DNA of 63,992 nt, the filler included, from Octopus bimaculoides (taxonomy: Eukaryota), in assembly GCF_001194135.2 (NCBI RefSeq). It is 6 parts of 6 records of this genome, joined end to end, with 100 filler letters (N's around TTAATTAATTAA, not from the genome) between each part and the next. Parts side by side here need not be neighbours in the genome. Positions count along the whole stretch, not along the records: positions 37,994 to 58,094 come from NC_068982.1; positions 58,195 to 62,734 come from NC_068990.1; 4 more parts are not named here. One strand, 5' to 3'. The notes under the pieces were generated by a model. The model was not told where the DNA came from. It searched no databases and was given only the letters and a program-made list of their open reading frames with translations. A program made the translations under genes and the position numbers. This document shows, one piece after another, positions 49,439 to 62,734 of the stretch (positions are counted from its first letter, which is position 1; the number at the start of each line of letters is the position of its first letter).

Positions 49439-51192
49439 ACACACACACACATAACTTTTCAGTTATGTTTACCAGATCTTTGGTCGACCTAAGGATATAG
49501 TAGAAGACACTTGCTCAAGTTGCCATGCAGTGAGACTGAACCCAGAACCATGTGGTTGGGAAGCAAGCTTCTAACCACACAACCACGCCTACACCTATTG
49601 ACTTTTTTTTTTTGAAGTGATTCATCAATCATATCATTTTTACCCCACCCCCACCCATCCATCTTCTATTCAATGTGAATCTACCGTTTGGATTTAACCA
49701 AATATCAATTTGTGGACTCACACATCCTGCAGATGGTACCATTGCTCCTTCTGCATTCATCATTCAACTTCTATTGTCTGCTTCAGCATTATTATTCCAT
49801 CATCTTTGTTAGTTCCGCCTTATAAAAGAACTGTTTCACTCTAAGGTACAACTATTTCTTCATCATCATTTAGCGTCCATTGTCCATGCTGGCATGGGTT
49901 GGACAGTTTGACCAGGGCTGGCAAGCTGGAAGGCTGCACCAACCAAACTCCAGTCTGATTTGGTATGGTTTCTACAGCTGGATGCCCTTCTTAATGCCAA
50001 CCACTCCAAGTAATGTATGCTTTTACATACCACCGGCACAGGTGCCATTTGCGTGACACCAATATGTGCCACAACTGTGATTTTACATGACTTGCTGGGT
50101 CTTCTTCTTCTCAAGCACAACATAATGCCAAAAGTCTTGGTCCTTACCTCCATGTGGTCCGACACTCGAAAGGAGCTTTTCGTAGGCCATCAGTATTGGC
50201 CACTCTGCATCTGTGCGGTCCAACCTAAGCAAAAGGTGGTCAGGTCAGGTCCAATGTTTCTGTTGATTATTTAATAGTTGCTAGCAGTAGAAATGCAGAG
50301 AGCAGAGGGTGTGGCCCTGTATGGTCATTGGACACAAAGATGGTTCATTGAAATTAGGACAGTGTTTGCTCTGCAATGTTATAGAAGACTACATCCTGGG
50401 GTTGAAGAGGCTGGCATCAATGGGTGGAATGGTAGAAGTGATACTGACCATTAGCATTCAGATTATTCTGTCAAATGTAATCTTTTACTTGGTTCAGTCA
50501 TTAGACTGTGACCATGCTGGGGTACCACCCTGAAAACTTTTAATCAAATGAGTCAACCCCAGCTTATTCTATTAGTCACTTTTTGCCAAAGTGCTAAATG
50601 ATAGGGATATAAACACACCAACACCAGTTGTCAAGCAGTGGTGGTTGGAGGATAGACTCAAAGACATATATATATTTCTTTATTGCCTACAGGGGGCTAA
50701 ACATAGAGGGGACAAACAAAGGGATTAAGTTGACCCCAGTGTGTAACTGGTACTTATTTAATCGACCCCAAAAGGATGACAGACAAAGTTGACCTCGACG
50801 AAATTTGAACTCGGAACGTAACGACAGACGAAATACCGCTAAGCATTTCGCCCGATGTGCTAACCACTCTGCCAGCTCGCCGTGCTCACAGACATATATA
50901 TGTATATGGTAGGCTTCTTCCAGTTTCCTTCTACCAAATCCACTGACAAGACTTTGGTCGGCCCAAGGATATAGTAGAAGACACTTACCCAAAGTGCCAC
51001 ACAGTGGGACTGAACCTGGAATCATGCGGTTGGAAATCAAACTTCTTAGCACATGGAATTTTTTTTCTCTTTCATTTATCTTAAATAATAACTGCAGACT
51101 TTTCTCTCTTGCCCGTTGACCATGTCGTCTGCAATGACAGTCATATCTTAATGACAGACTGTGGAGGTAGAAACTTTTAAACGTTGCTTGAC

Positions 51193-51313
51193 CTCCGCAG
51201 TCTTCAGTTTCTTCCTCAAGTAATTGTTTGCTTGCCAGTCTTTTGACGTCATCATTGATTAATATGTCCACTAGACCTTCAAGGCAACTTGAATTGATGT
51301 CAAGTGACAAATC
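51193..51313 (-). CDS. Candidate exon, unknown product (DLSLDINSSCLEGLVDILINDDVKRLASKQLLEEETEDCG)
   Basis: Acceptor gtagtttttaacag; the other two frames close quickly; donor GAG|GTCAAG is weak. No homology recognised. Confidence 0.28.
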
Positions 51314-53879
51314 CTGTTAAAAACTACAGGCACTGGATGACAGTCACAAACCGTTTTTGTCTGTTCGTCAACACACAATTACTGAAACATTAATTAAATG
51401 AAAATAGTCTGACATGCGTCACTGATTAAAGGACAGCCATTTATTGGTCAACAGTCTCCTCCCCCACCCCACCCACCTCCTCCTTGCGGAACTTCGTTAT
51501 TGTCCTCTAGTTGTAGGGACATCAATAAGAAACGATTTAAATTGGAGGTGGGATTATGGGGGGGGGGGGGTAACTTCTTTAATGGAGTTGGCACAGGTTT
51601 AACTGAAACAAAGAAGTTTTATTTCCAGCTCCTCACAGTTCTTGGTTCAACTCCAGCCTGCAGCTCCTTCTACAGCTGTTGCCTCCCACTGCAATCTTTG
51701 GTGGACCAGTGCCTTGTCAGTGAAATTCCAGTAGTTGGAGGTCCTGCTGAAGCCTATTGTACTAATTGTACTCATTAACTGTGGTTTACTAATTACATTG
51801 CAGTGCAGCACATCAGTGGCAGACCATAAAAAGGAGAGTAAGTTGCTCCTTTGCTCTGTAGATTCGGGTGGCACCTTAGGCGAGCGCTAGCAATCGCTTA
51901 GCCTCGCATGCCAGAGGCACGGTGAAGATATCAGCAGCCAAATATTGGATAACCAACAAAGTGGAGGAGGAGTTGTAGACTCGTGGCTTGGCTGCAATAA
52001 CCTTCAAGCCATTGGTCTAAGATTCCTCCATTTGGTCAGTTATCCATTGTCCTGCTCTTAATGTCTTCATTTTATTCTTGGCATGAGAGGCTGGGGTGTT
52101 AGGAAGAGACAATATTTTTTTAGAAAAATGCTAAAATGTAAGGAAATGATGAAGACTTAAGACTTGCATAAATGTTTTACTGTCAGACATGGAATGGCAA
52201 ACCCCATTTAATCACTGGTGTACAGTATTCAGAACACAACAATTCAATGCTTTCTAAACCTTCCTCTCATACAACTCCATCTTGTTAGAGTCTCAAGCTT
52301 ATTTCTATCTCTCATGTTTCAGCATTTGGTCTTTGATCTTTTTAAGTCTGGATGTTCACTTTAGCTGCCTCACCTTAGACACACCACCAGATCCACTCAC
52401 AAGGCTTTGGCCAGCCTGCAGACATAGTAGAAGACAGTTGTTCGAGGTTCCACACTGAGGGATTGAACCCAAAAGTATGGGGGTGGGATATAAGCTTCTT
52501 ATCCACACAGCCATTGCCAGCACCCTACATACACACACACACACACGTGTATGTATGTATGTGTGTGTGTGTGTGTATTGGTTGTAAATTGCAAATAGCC
52601 ACCCTAATCTTAATATATAAAACAGTGTGTATGTGTGTGTGTGTTCCTTATGGATTTGAAAACTGAGATATCAAAAGACTCAGTAATCTTTTGGCAACCA
52701 AATAAAGAATGTTTTTTGCACAACTCTTTTTTACGACAAAAATAACCTCAAAAATGAGGTCGAGTTGCACAATTTTAAGATCTTTAGCTAAGGGAGGCAG
52801 CTGTACGTGTGTGTGTGTGTTTTGCTGTGGTGAAAAATGTATTTTTTCTCAATATTTTGCACAATAATTTTAAAAGAAAGTAAAGTAGTCTGAGATGTAC
52901 ATATACTGTTATTGTATAGAGTGGAAGTTCAATACGAAGTTTTGAACTCGTTATCTTGTGGTTAGTAATCCATTTCCTTAAATTTGAAGCCATTAAGTCT
53001 TTAAACATTATTTTACTGTCGCCATGTTGGGGTATCATCTTCAAAAATTTAATTGATTATACTGACCTCTGTACGTATTTCAATCTGGCATTAATCTTAT
53101 AGATCTTTGCTTGATGAACTGCTAACTTTGAGACATAGTGGGACACAATACTCAATTTAACAACAAATGTAAACACACACACATTAGGTGCAAGAATGAC
53201 TGCGTGGTTGAGAAGTTTGCTTCCCAACCACATGGTTCCACATTCAGTCCCCCTGCATGGTACCTTAAGCAAGTGTTTTCTACTATAGCCCTAGGCCAAC
53301 TACATGCTTGTGGCTGAATTTGGTAGACAGAAACTGCAGCATTGCTCATCAGAAAATGACCGAAAAACATGTTTATAAAGAGGAGGTGTTTGCTTTGTAC
53401 TCCTCGTGTGCCGATTCTGCCCATAAGAAAAGAACAAATAATACAATGTGGCTGTAGGTCATAACACCCAGGCAATGCCGGGGTGCTTTGCTAGAAATTT
53501 ATAATTCTCACTTCACCGTTTTTGGAATCGGTCAATGTTCCCCATGGTGTCCTCTATCAAACTGACAAGGTGAGTTAAGTTCTTTAACACTTGGTGACAA
53601 AATAATGGGTCACTGGTGAAGATTAATCAAATCTAAAATCAGTGCTGATATGATTCCATCTTGCTTGCCGTAAGAATGGTGCTTGTTTCCCTTGTCAGTC
53701 TCATTAGAAAAGTGTCTCACGTGGCTAAGAGTTGTTTTGACTCTTATTTCTAGCAAGACTGGTGCTCACTAGCACCTTCCGTCACTTTAATGATGGCTAT
53801 ACTTCTTGCCTTTCAGTTGTAAATTGCAAATAGCCACCTTAATCATTTATATATATATATGCATCATTATCATCATCTT

Positions 53880-54270
53880 CATCATAATCATTTAATGTCT
53901 GCTTATCATGCTGGCATGGGTTGGACGGTTTGACTGGGGACTGGCAAGCCAGGAGGCTGCACCAGTCTCCAATCTAATCTGGCAAGGTTTCTACAGCTGG
54001 ATGCCCTTCCTAACGCCAACCACTCTGAGAGTGTAGTGGGTGCTTTTTTACGTGTCACCAGCATGGGAGCAGTGAGGCGTCACAGGCGCCAGTTGGGTGG
54101 TGGGGGCTTGGCATCAATCACATTCAGATGGTGCTTTTTACATGTCACCAGCATGGGGAGCCAGTCAGGCAGCCCTGGCATTGACCCATATTTGAATGGT
54201 GCTTATTACGTTCCACCAGCACAGGAGCCAGTCAGGCGCAACTGGCATTGGCCACAACTACAGTTTCCAT
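53880..54270. mobile_element. Interspersed repeat family C (SINE-like, (CAT)n end, internal tandem modules)
   Basis: Shared core CATGCTGGCATGGGTTGGACG...TTTCTACAGCTGGATGCCCTTCCTAACGCCAACCACTC. Copies at about 27880-28260, 31560-31870, 41360-41720, 44772-44960, 45000-45390, 49860-50200, 55330-55500 and 56285-56527. Confidence 0.8.
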
Positions 54271-54332
54271 TTTGATTTTGATCTTGATTTGCTTTTGATT
54301 TTTGTGTGTGTGCATGCGTGCGTGCGTGTGTT

Positions 54333-54368
<36 letters not shown>

Positions 54369-56799
54369 AACAATGGGCTCCTTACAGTTTCTGTTTTCTG
54401 AATCCACTCACAAGGCTTTTGGCCAACCTAGGGCTGTATCGTAGTAGAAACACTCGCTCAAGCTGCCATGAATATTAGCCTCTAACTTCCTTACAACAGT
54501 ACTCCAGATCCTTGAAAGATGATGTAATTATATCCAAAATAACTTGGCCAATTAAGCCATTACTCCATTTCCATCCAAATCACAAAAATGACAATATTTC
54601 AACAGAAATGCCATTGTAACAATTTGTGGCAGCTTAGCTGTTATCCTTAGCAGTAAGTTGTTACTTGTAGCTAATGACTATATTAACTGACCATTTCTCT
54701 CTCTCAGTTTGTCCCCTAACATTTAACACTATTTACTACTACTACTACTACTACTACTACATCTTAGTAATTAGTTTGAATGTAGTAATATCAGTTTTTA
54801 CCATCCTAGTTTAAGTGCAAACGTGACTAATTATGTACAAGTAGTTGTTTGTAATATTTCTCAGTCTTTTTGCATGATTTGATATTTCATAATAATATAA
54901 TGATATAATACATGTTTGTAACTTCTTTCTTGTAATATATCTTAAGCAGTTCGTCTAACTGCTATCTCAACACAACAATGGCCATCTGTTTAATGAAGCC
55001 ATTCAATTCTTCAGCTAACCATTTTTGGCACTGTTCCATCGGATTCTACTGTTTGTTGCTTATTTTATTCAGATAAAGCATAGCAATGGAGATGATTCTG
55101 GTATTTCACAAGTGCGGAAAGAACATGGAATCATGTTTGTAGTTAAGCTAGATCTAACATTCTCTTTGCATTTAACAAAATGCCAAAATACTGGTTTCAA
55201 ATTTTGACACAAGGCCAGCAATTTCAGGGGTGGTGGGGTGGAGGGGGCCCTAAGTCAATTACATGGACTCCGGTACTCAGCTGGTTATTTTATTCTATCA
55301 ACCCGTCAAGCCAAGTAAGATCAGTAGTCGTGGCCGATGCCAGTGTCACATGACTTGGCCCATTAAAAGCACACTTCAATCATTGGGTGATGTGCTGTGC
55401 TTGGGAAGATCTGTTGAACTGAGTGAAATTGTAATTGTGGCTAATGGCACAGGTCAATGGCACCCGTGCCAGTGGCATGTAAAAAGCACCTACTACACTC
55501 TCGTGTATCTGTATTTATGTCTCTTTGACTTGATATTGTGTGATTGTTATAAATGAATGTCATTTATTTCTATCTGGCCATGTGGGATGTATTCCTTTGT
55601 TTGGTAACATGTGAGGGTTAGCAACAGGAAGGGCATCTGGCTATAGAAAATCTGCCTCAATAAATCTTGTTCAACCCATGCCAGTATAGAAAAGTGGATG
55701 TTAAAAAACAATGATGAAGAGGAGGAGGAAGAAGAAGAATTCTAGGTTACACTCTCCCCATTGACAAATGTTTTCAAGTTCTCTGTTAAAGAGCAAGTTT
55801 GTCATGAAGGGGTTTTAAGTTGATGACATCAGAGTGCGTGTGTGTGTGCAGTGTTGCAATGAAAGGTGATGTCATCTGTTGTTAGAACTGGTCTTCGAGA
55901 CGGAAGTTACTTGTAAAGCTTTTCACCCACATTCTATCAACTGGTGTCTGCTGCAGTTCCGTTAGCCACCCGCCCACCCCACCTGAAATTCCTCCTTCTG
56001 TACATCGTGTTCTTACAGTCACTTCTACCCAAACACTGATCGTCCATCCTTCACTCTTTCATAATCTTTCTCCACATCAAACCACATGTAACAGACAGAC
56101 TCTACTTCTGTGGACATTGATGTCAAACGATGAAAACGATTGTCATTTGACAGCAAAAACGTCATTGACGTAAAGAAGGCTGGGAGCAAGAAACAGGGCC
56201 AACTCCTGACAGGTTCAGAAGTCTATGCTCCTTGAGCAATGTTCTCTACCAACCTCTTTCCAGCTGCTGGATTATTACTCAGTTCCATCGTCGTTGTCGT
56301 TTAACGTTCGCTTTCCATGCTAGCATGGGTTGGACGATTTGACTGAGGACTGGTGAAACCAGATAGCTACACCAGGCTCCAATCTGATTTGGCAGAGTTT
56401 CTACAGCTGGATGCCCTTCCTAACGCCAACCACTCAGAGAGTGTAGTGGGTGCTTTTACGTGTCACCCGCACGAAGGCCAGTCAGGCGGTACTGGCAACG
56501 ACCACGCTCAAAATGGTGCATTTCATGNNNNNNNNNNNNNNNNNNNNNNNNNNNNNNNNNNNNNNNNNNNNNNNNNNNNNNNNNNNNNNNNNNNNNNNNN
56601 NNNNNNNNNNNNNNNNNNNNNNNNNNNNNNNNNNNNNNNNNNNNNNNNNNNNNNNNNNNNNNNNNNNNNNNNNNNNNNNNNNNNNNNNNNNNNNNNNNNN
56701 NNNNNNNNNNNNNGGACATTCTGCTGGATCAAGGGTGTCTGTATCTATTCATCTTTCATATTTGATGGCATAAAAGATGTATGGGCATCATGGATGTAC

Positions 56800-56919
56800 C
56801 CCAATTTCAGCAGCACATATTCAGGGGGAAATGTCTTTAGTGCATTAAAACTTGTAAAGCAATCTATCCAGTGCATTAGAAAGCCTTGGAGAAGTCCCTT
56901 GGCGGAAGCAGAAGACAGA
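56800..56919 (-). CDS. Candidate exon, unknown product (LSSASAKGLLQGFLMHWIDCFTSFNALKTFPPEYVLLKL)
   Basis: Acceptor ttattctctatccag, possible donor GG|GTACAT, 120 nt open frame. No homology recognised. Confidence 0.25.
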
Positions 56920-58094
56920 CTGGATAGAGAATAACTAGGTTATTATTAAGAAGTCAGGCTTGGCAGGAGAGAATGTCTGCGTTGAAATCAGTCTACAGTA
57001 GTGAGCATCAGGGACCGACTTTGCATGTAATGCTTTTTATTTGGCACCGAGGCCATGACACAGAGGGGACAACACAAGGACAGACAGAACACTACAGTGG
57101 GGACAAAAAGCATAAAACGAATGAAAAATGGAAAAATGTACAATGGAATCGATGGTGATGAAACGCCTGCATGCACCTCACTCACAAGCAATACCGTTTG
57201 AACATTCTTACTTTCAGTTTATAATCTTTTCCTTTTTCTGTGTTTTTTTTGCTATTAGCATCATTTTGTTTATTCTTTTTTCTCCGTTTTTGAAAACAAC
57301 AATTTACTCTTTTTTTTTTAATAGCTTATGTATGGCTCTATTTCACTTAGCTCTACTACGACTTTGCATATAGGACCTGGGATATGCTTTTGGGGGCAAA
57401 AACTATGTTTTATACACCATCAAATACAGTATATGGTGACCATCTGAAATAATAAACGAAAGCAGGACATGTTATTCAGATATCTTTGACCCTGACTTGA
57501 AGCCTAAGTGATCGTCCTGCAAAATAAGCCCTTGAGACGTCCTTCTACTGAAACATGTGGTCATTTGTTGTGGTTTAGCCCCAGGTCAACACTGACAGAG
57601 CTGGCCTAGGATCGACCATGACCATTCCATCTATGTATCTTTTTAATTTAGACAATGAGTCCAGGAGAGTGGGACTCAACCATTCTTCCCTATGACCCCC
57701 GCCCCATTCCTATTTTACTCAGCTGAACCCCCCTACCCCTCAGTCGTTTGATGCTTTTTAAAAAAACAAAATTCAGTTTTATTTTTATCATTAAATATCG
57801 TTAGCAATTGTAGGAGAAATTTTAATATTATTATTTGTTTCAGTCACTTGACTGCAGCCATGCTGGAGCACCGCCTTTAGTCGAGCAAATCGACCCCAGG
57901 ACTTATTCTTTGGATGCCTAGTACTTATTCTATCGGTCTCTTTTGCTGAACCGCAAGTTTACGGGGATGTAAACACACCAGCATCGGTTGTCAAGTGAAG
58001 TTGGGGAGACAAATACAGTCACACAAACATATATATATATATATATATATATGTGTATGTATATTTATGTATGTATGTATGTATATATATGTAT

Positions 58095-58194
58095 NNNNNN
58101 NNNNNNNNNNNNNNNNNNNNNNNNNNNNNNNNNNNNNNTTAATTAATTAANNNNNNNNNNNNNNNNNNNNNNNNNNNNNNNNNNNNNNNNNNNN
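58095..58194. other. Artificial assembly linker
   Basis: 44 N + TTAATTAATTAA (58139-58150) + 44 N. Confidence 0.95.
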
Positions 58195-58235
<41 letters not shown>

Positions 58236-59084
58236 ATAAACTAAAAGAAGTCTGTCATATCTGTGTATGTATATGTGTATCCATCCATCCACCTATCCAT
58301 CCATTTGTAAACATCGATATGCACTTAAGTCCATAGTCTTTACTATAATCACACTAGAGTTTACAAGATCCGAATTAGTATTAGTCTGGTTCATTAATAT
58401 ATATACACGCACACACATATACCTACATATACATACATACATTATAAATATTATTGCAATATTATGGTATTATGTTCGCTGCCTATAGATACAGAATATC
58501 AAACGCCTTTGGATATAGATTATCTCTCCGACACGAAAATCATTCATCGCCTCATGTAGGTCTTCATTTTTTTATCGTCAATTTTTTAATTGTTTCACTC
58601 ATTAGTCGGCGGTCATGCAGGAGCACCGCTCTGGACAACCTTTAGTCGAATTAATCGACACCAGTACTTTTTTTTAAAGCCCGGTAATTATTCTACGATT
58701 CACCTTTGCTGAGCCATTAATTAACAAGTACGAAAACAAACTAACACAACAAGCTCAAACACAAAGAAACGCACACACATACGGCGGGTTTCTTTCACTT
58801 TCGGTTTACCAAATCCATTCACAAGGATATGGTCGACCCGAGCCTATAGTAGAAGACTCATGCCTAAAGTTCTGAGTAGTGGGACTGAAGCCTGAACTGT
58901 GCCTCTGGGACTTGCTTTAAAGTAACTTTTACACGAGCTTTAAGAGTACTAAAGCAGTAAGATTGTAGCTTAAATTAATCCTAATTTAGTTGCATACAGT
59001 CATCCGAAAGGGTTAAAATTTACATATCAGCTTGACTACATAGTTTTCAAGCAGATTCATAAACTAAAATATTTTAACAACAAC

Positions 59085-59100
59085 CACAACAACAATATTA

Positions 59101-59161
<61 letters not shown>

Positions 59162-59185
59162 TGATGATGATAATAATAATAAAAT
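59085..59185. repeat. (TAA)n microsatellite at the 5' junction of the R4/Dong-like element
   Basis: Directly visible. Confidence 0.95.
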
Positions 59186-59770
59186 GAAAATGATCACGTC
59201 GAACTCCTCTGGAACTTCACCATTCAAACTGACAGAAAGATAGACGCAAATAGGCCAGACATCATACTGAAAGACTTCAGACAAAAATCATGCCTCCTCA
59301 TTGATATGACTGTCCCAATCGATATAAACGTATCTGTCAAGACCTACCAAAAACTGAGCAAATATAAAGATCTTGAAATAGAAATTAGCAAAATGTGGAA
59401 CCTGAAGACTAAAACAATACCTATTGTCATAAGTGCCCTGGGAATGACAGCGAAACGGGCTGATTACTACCTAGCTCAGATACCAGGAAACCCCAAAATG
59501 GCNNNNNNNNNNAACTGCCCATATCCTACGTAAAATACTGTCTATGTGATCTCAAATTTTAAAACAAACACAATTTTCTTATGGTTTTTTAAACATTCTC
59601 TAGTACAAATCCAAATGTACAAATCGAAATATATGGTATGTACAAATCCAAATATATGGTACCCTAGGCATAACACCTACATGAACTTATAACTTGTTGT
59701 CTCTTGAGGTCTCTGGGTGAGACTTGGATCCAACTTGTACAAATGCAAAACAAAAGTCAAACATAAAATA
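59186..59770 (+). mobile_element. 5'-truncated R4/Dong-like RLE retrotransposon inserted in (TAA)n
   Basis: ENDHVELLWNFTIQTDRKIDANRPDIILKDFRQKSCLLIDMTVP...LSKYKDLEIEISKMWNLKTKTIPIVISALG...AHILRKILSM* (RPD..D..KY RLE motif). TAA repeats on both sides. Confidence 0.88.
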
Positions 59771-61728
59771 ATAATAATGATAATGCAACAGTTTATCTAA
59801 GAACACGAATAACTTTCGATCATGCAAACCTTTAATAAAATTCGTTTAATAAAATATACAGTCGTGCTTTGTGTTTTTATCTCTCCTCATGTTAGCCTCG
59901 CCGGAGAATCTATAGCTTCAAGTGGGTTTAATCCACGACCTTTTTTTTTTGTTTCTTTCAAGCATATCCATGCAGGAATATATCATGGAGCATGAGCATC
60001 CATTTTCTCTTAGGGTGGAATCGTGGTATCTTGAGAGAGACATTTAGCTACTGTTTAAAAGACAGTCCTTGGTCGCATTGGGCTTACTTCAGCATAGATG
60101 TGTTCAGTCGTTCTGGACAGGATATCGTCACCTCGACTCAGTAAACATAACCATTTTATAGCAAATATTATTGATAATTATGACTTTACTTTTCTCAGAC
60201 TCGATTTTTTTTTTCTTTTTTACTTTCAGATTCATAAGATCTTACATTTTCCCATTATGTTCCAGATATACTATTATGAGAGTAATCAATATGACGGTAG
60301 TTCTTACGATATCATATATTTCCAAATTCTTTGTGATGTTTTTGATCAATTGTGTGTCCAACACTATCTCTACTTGATTTTATTTTGAATTATTGTACTT
60401 TTCCCTCTGTTTAATACGTTTTGTAGATGGTGAATATTATAAACAAACGATGCTGTTTATTATTCTTTATCACCTCTGTGACAGGATATCCTAGTCTCAT
60501 TTAATGTTAATAATAGTATCAACGGTTTTATTCTCAATGTTTCCTTCCTGGTTGTGTTCTCACCAAATCGAACAACATTATGATAGCAAAACTATTTTAA
60601 TTTTATGGCAACATTACGATGACTTAGCTTCTGATATTATCTCATTATGCTGGAAATCCTCTTACAATATTCTGTGGTTATCTCTTTGTGAAACTTGGTA
60701 TAATTAGCTTCAAGTGATTTTTTTTCCTGAGTTACATAAATCAAATATTCTGTCTCCGGATTTGAGCTGCTTTTCATTAGCAAGCCACACGATTCTTTGT
60801 TGCACACTCCCTCCATATCGCACTTGAATTGATCGTACCATACTTTGTTATCTCCATATCTTTTAACGTTTTCTTTATATTGCTACTCTTCATTCTTCTG
60901 ACTAATTATTTTCCTTAGGCCTTTCTCTTACACTATTATTGGTCTCGACATCAATAATTTATGAATTTGCTATACGTTGACTGCGCTCTTTCAAAACAGC
61001 CATTCTTTTCTTCATTGAAAAATGCTTTGCAGATACATAATTTCTTTTGCTATGATATAAAGAGAACAATGAAGGTGTAGAGAACTAATATAAAACAATT
61101 ATGAATAACATCTTTTGTAAGAATTTTTTTATGCCTTAATTACAAAGTTCTCTAAATTGTATTGAAGGTCGATAAGTGTGCGATGAGAGTAAAGTATGAC
61201 AAATAACTTCATATAATAAGACACTAAAGCCACCATATCAATACAAAGCACAACATTTTAAATACAAACCACAAATAATTGACGAACATTGGTTGCTTGG
61301 AACAAACGCGACAAACATATACTTTCTTCCTCTTCTTCGCCTTCAAGGGAATGAGCTGGCATCAACACGTTGCATTTTAACTTAACATTTTAATTGAATA
61401 CATCTATTTCATCTATGAACTATTTTTGGCAATGTTAACAATCAACCTTTTTCATATATCCCGTATTCTTCTCCAACGTTATATTTCAGATTCATTTCTC
61501 ATGATCTAAAAGTCACCCCTTTACTCATTACTTATTACTCATAATATTTTTGAGCAAGCCAAATTCAAGATAAAATTCTTTGAAGGAGAGACAAATGTAT
61601 TCCATCGATTATCTCCGCTTCTCAGTTAGAGCTAGTGTCAATTGCAGATTGGTCATTTTCACACATCCTGTACACACGGAGTCTATCACTCAATGGTCAC
61701 TCTTCATGATATATATATATATATGTCC

Positions 61729-62084
61729 CTAAACTGTCCCGAAGTGAATAGAAAATATTCAAATAAAATAAAGAATAAAATCGTTAAAAATGTTATCAGT
61801 GGCCAGCATATAAAATAGGCCTATTTAGGTATATTTATATATAGAGATTTATAATAGTATAAAATACATTTATAATCAAGGGCACGAGAGCACCATGCTT
61901 ATACTGTAAAAATAGACGCTAAATCGTCCAGCCATTCTGAATTATCACTTCATAATACAAGCATGCTGAAAGCGAGGAATTAGACCGACAAATTCATAAA
62001 ATTTCTGGATTAGTTAGATAACTAATTCTTAACAATTTTGTCCTTTATATTTCAATATTTTCCATTCACTTCGGGACAGTTTAG
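61729..62084. mobile_element. MITE-like element with ~60-bp terminal inverted repeats
   Basis: CTAAACTGTCCCGAAGTGAATAGAAAATATT at 61729 and AATATTTTCCATTCACTTCGGGACAGTTTAG ending 62084. Confidence 0.72.
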
Positions 62085-62482
62085 ACACTTCCGTACTACT
62101 CTGACCAAATACATACGTGTTGCGGTGGACTAAGAAATTTGATGCGTATATATTTGTATGTAATAGAAACTTTCGTTTGCTCTTCTGTGGGTGTGTATAA
62201 ATGTCTCATTTATTTCACTCAGTATGATTTGCTGATCAAGGAAGAGTTATCAGACTAATCCGAACTTGATCAATCCAAAGCTATCTGAATTATTTTATGA
62301 ATTTCTGTCAGTGTAATTCCTCGCTTTCAACGATTCGCTTTCAACAATTCGCTGTGTATTATAAAGTGATGATCTAACGTCTATTTTCAGTGTATAGGCA
62401 TAATGCTCTCCGTGCTCTGTGTGATAATTTTAGTTTATAATATTATGGATCTCTCTCTCCCTCCCTCTCTCTCTCCTTCTTC

Positions 62483-62525
<43 letters not shown>

Positions 62526-62734
62526 CTTTATCTTTTACTTGTTCCACACACACTCTCTCTCTATATATATATAGTTGTTAAAATGATTGATTTTCTGCCA
62601 TGCAAGACATCGCCTTAAATTATTTAGTGCAATAAATTGACACAGAAATTATTAGATTGTTTCCATCGTCGAATCGTTAAGTTACATGGGTGTAAGCAAG
62701 AAAAGAGCAGTTGTCGAGTAGTGGTGGAGGACAA

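Noticed and set aside
51600-56280. Idea that in-frame TAG stops in protein-like minus-strand tracts are recoded by A-to-I editing
   Set aside because: The same tracts also contain TAA/TGA stops and frameshifts, and no homology supports a continuous ORF.
607-58200. Long ORFs containing X runs, or YI/HT/CV/LS dipeptide repeats
   Set aside because: Artefacts of N gaps and (TA)n, (CA)n, (GA)n and (TCTA)n microsatellites.
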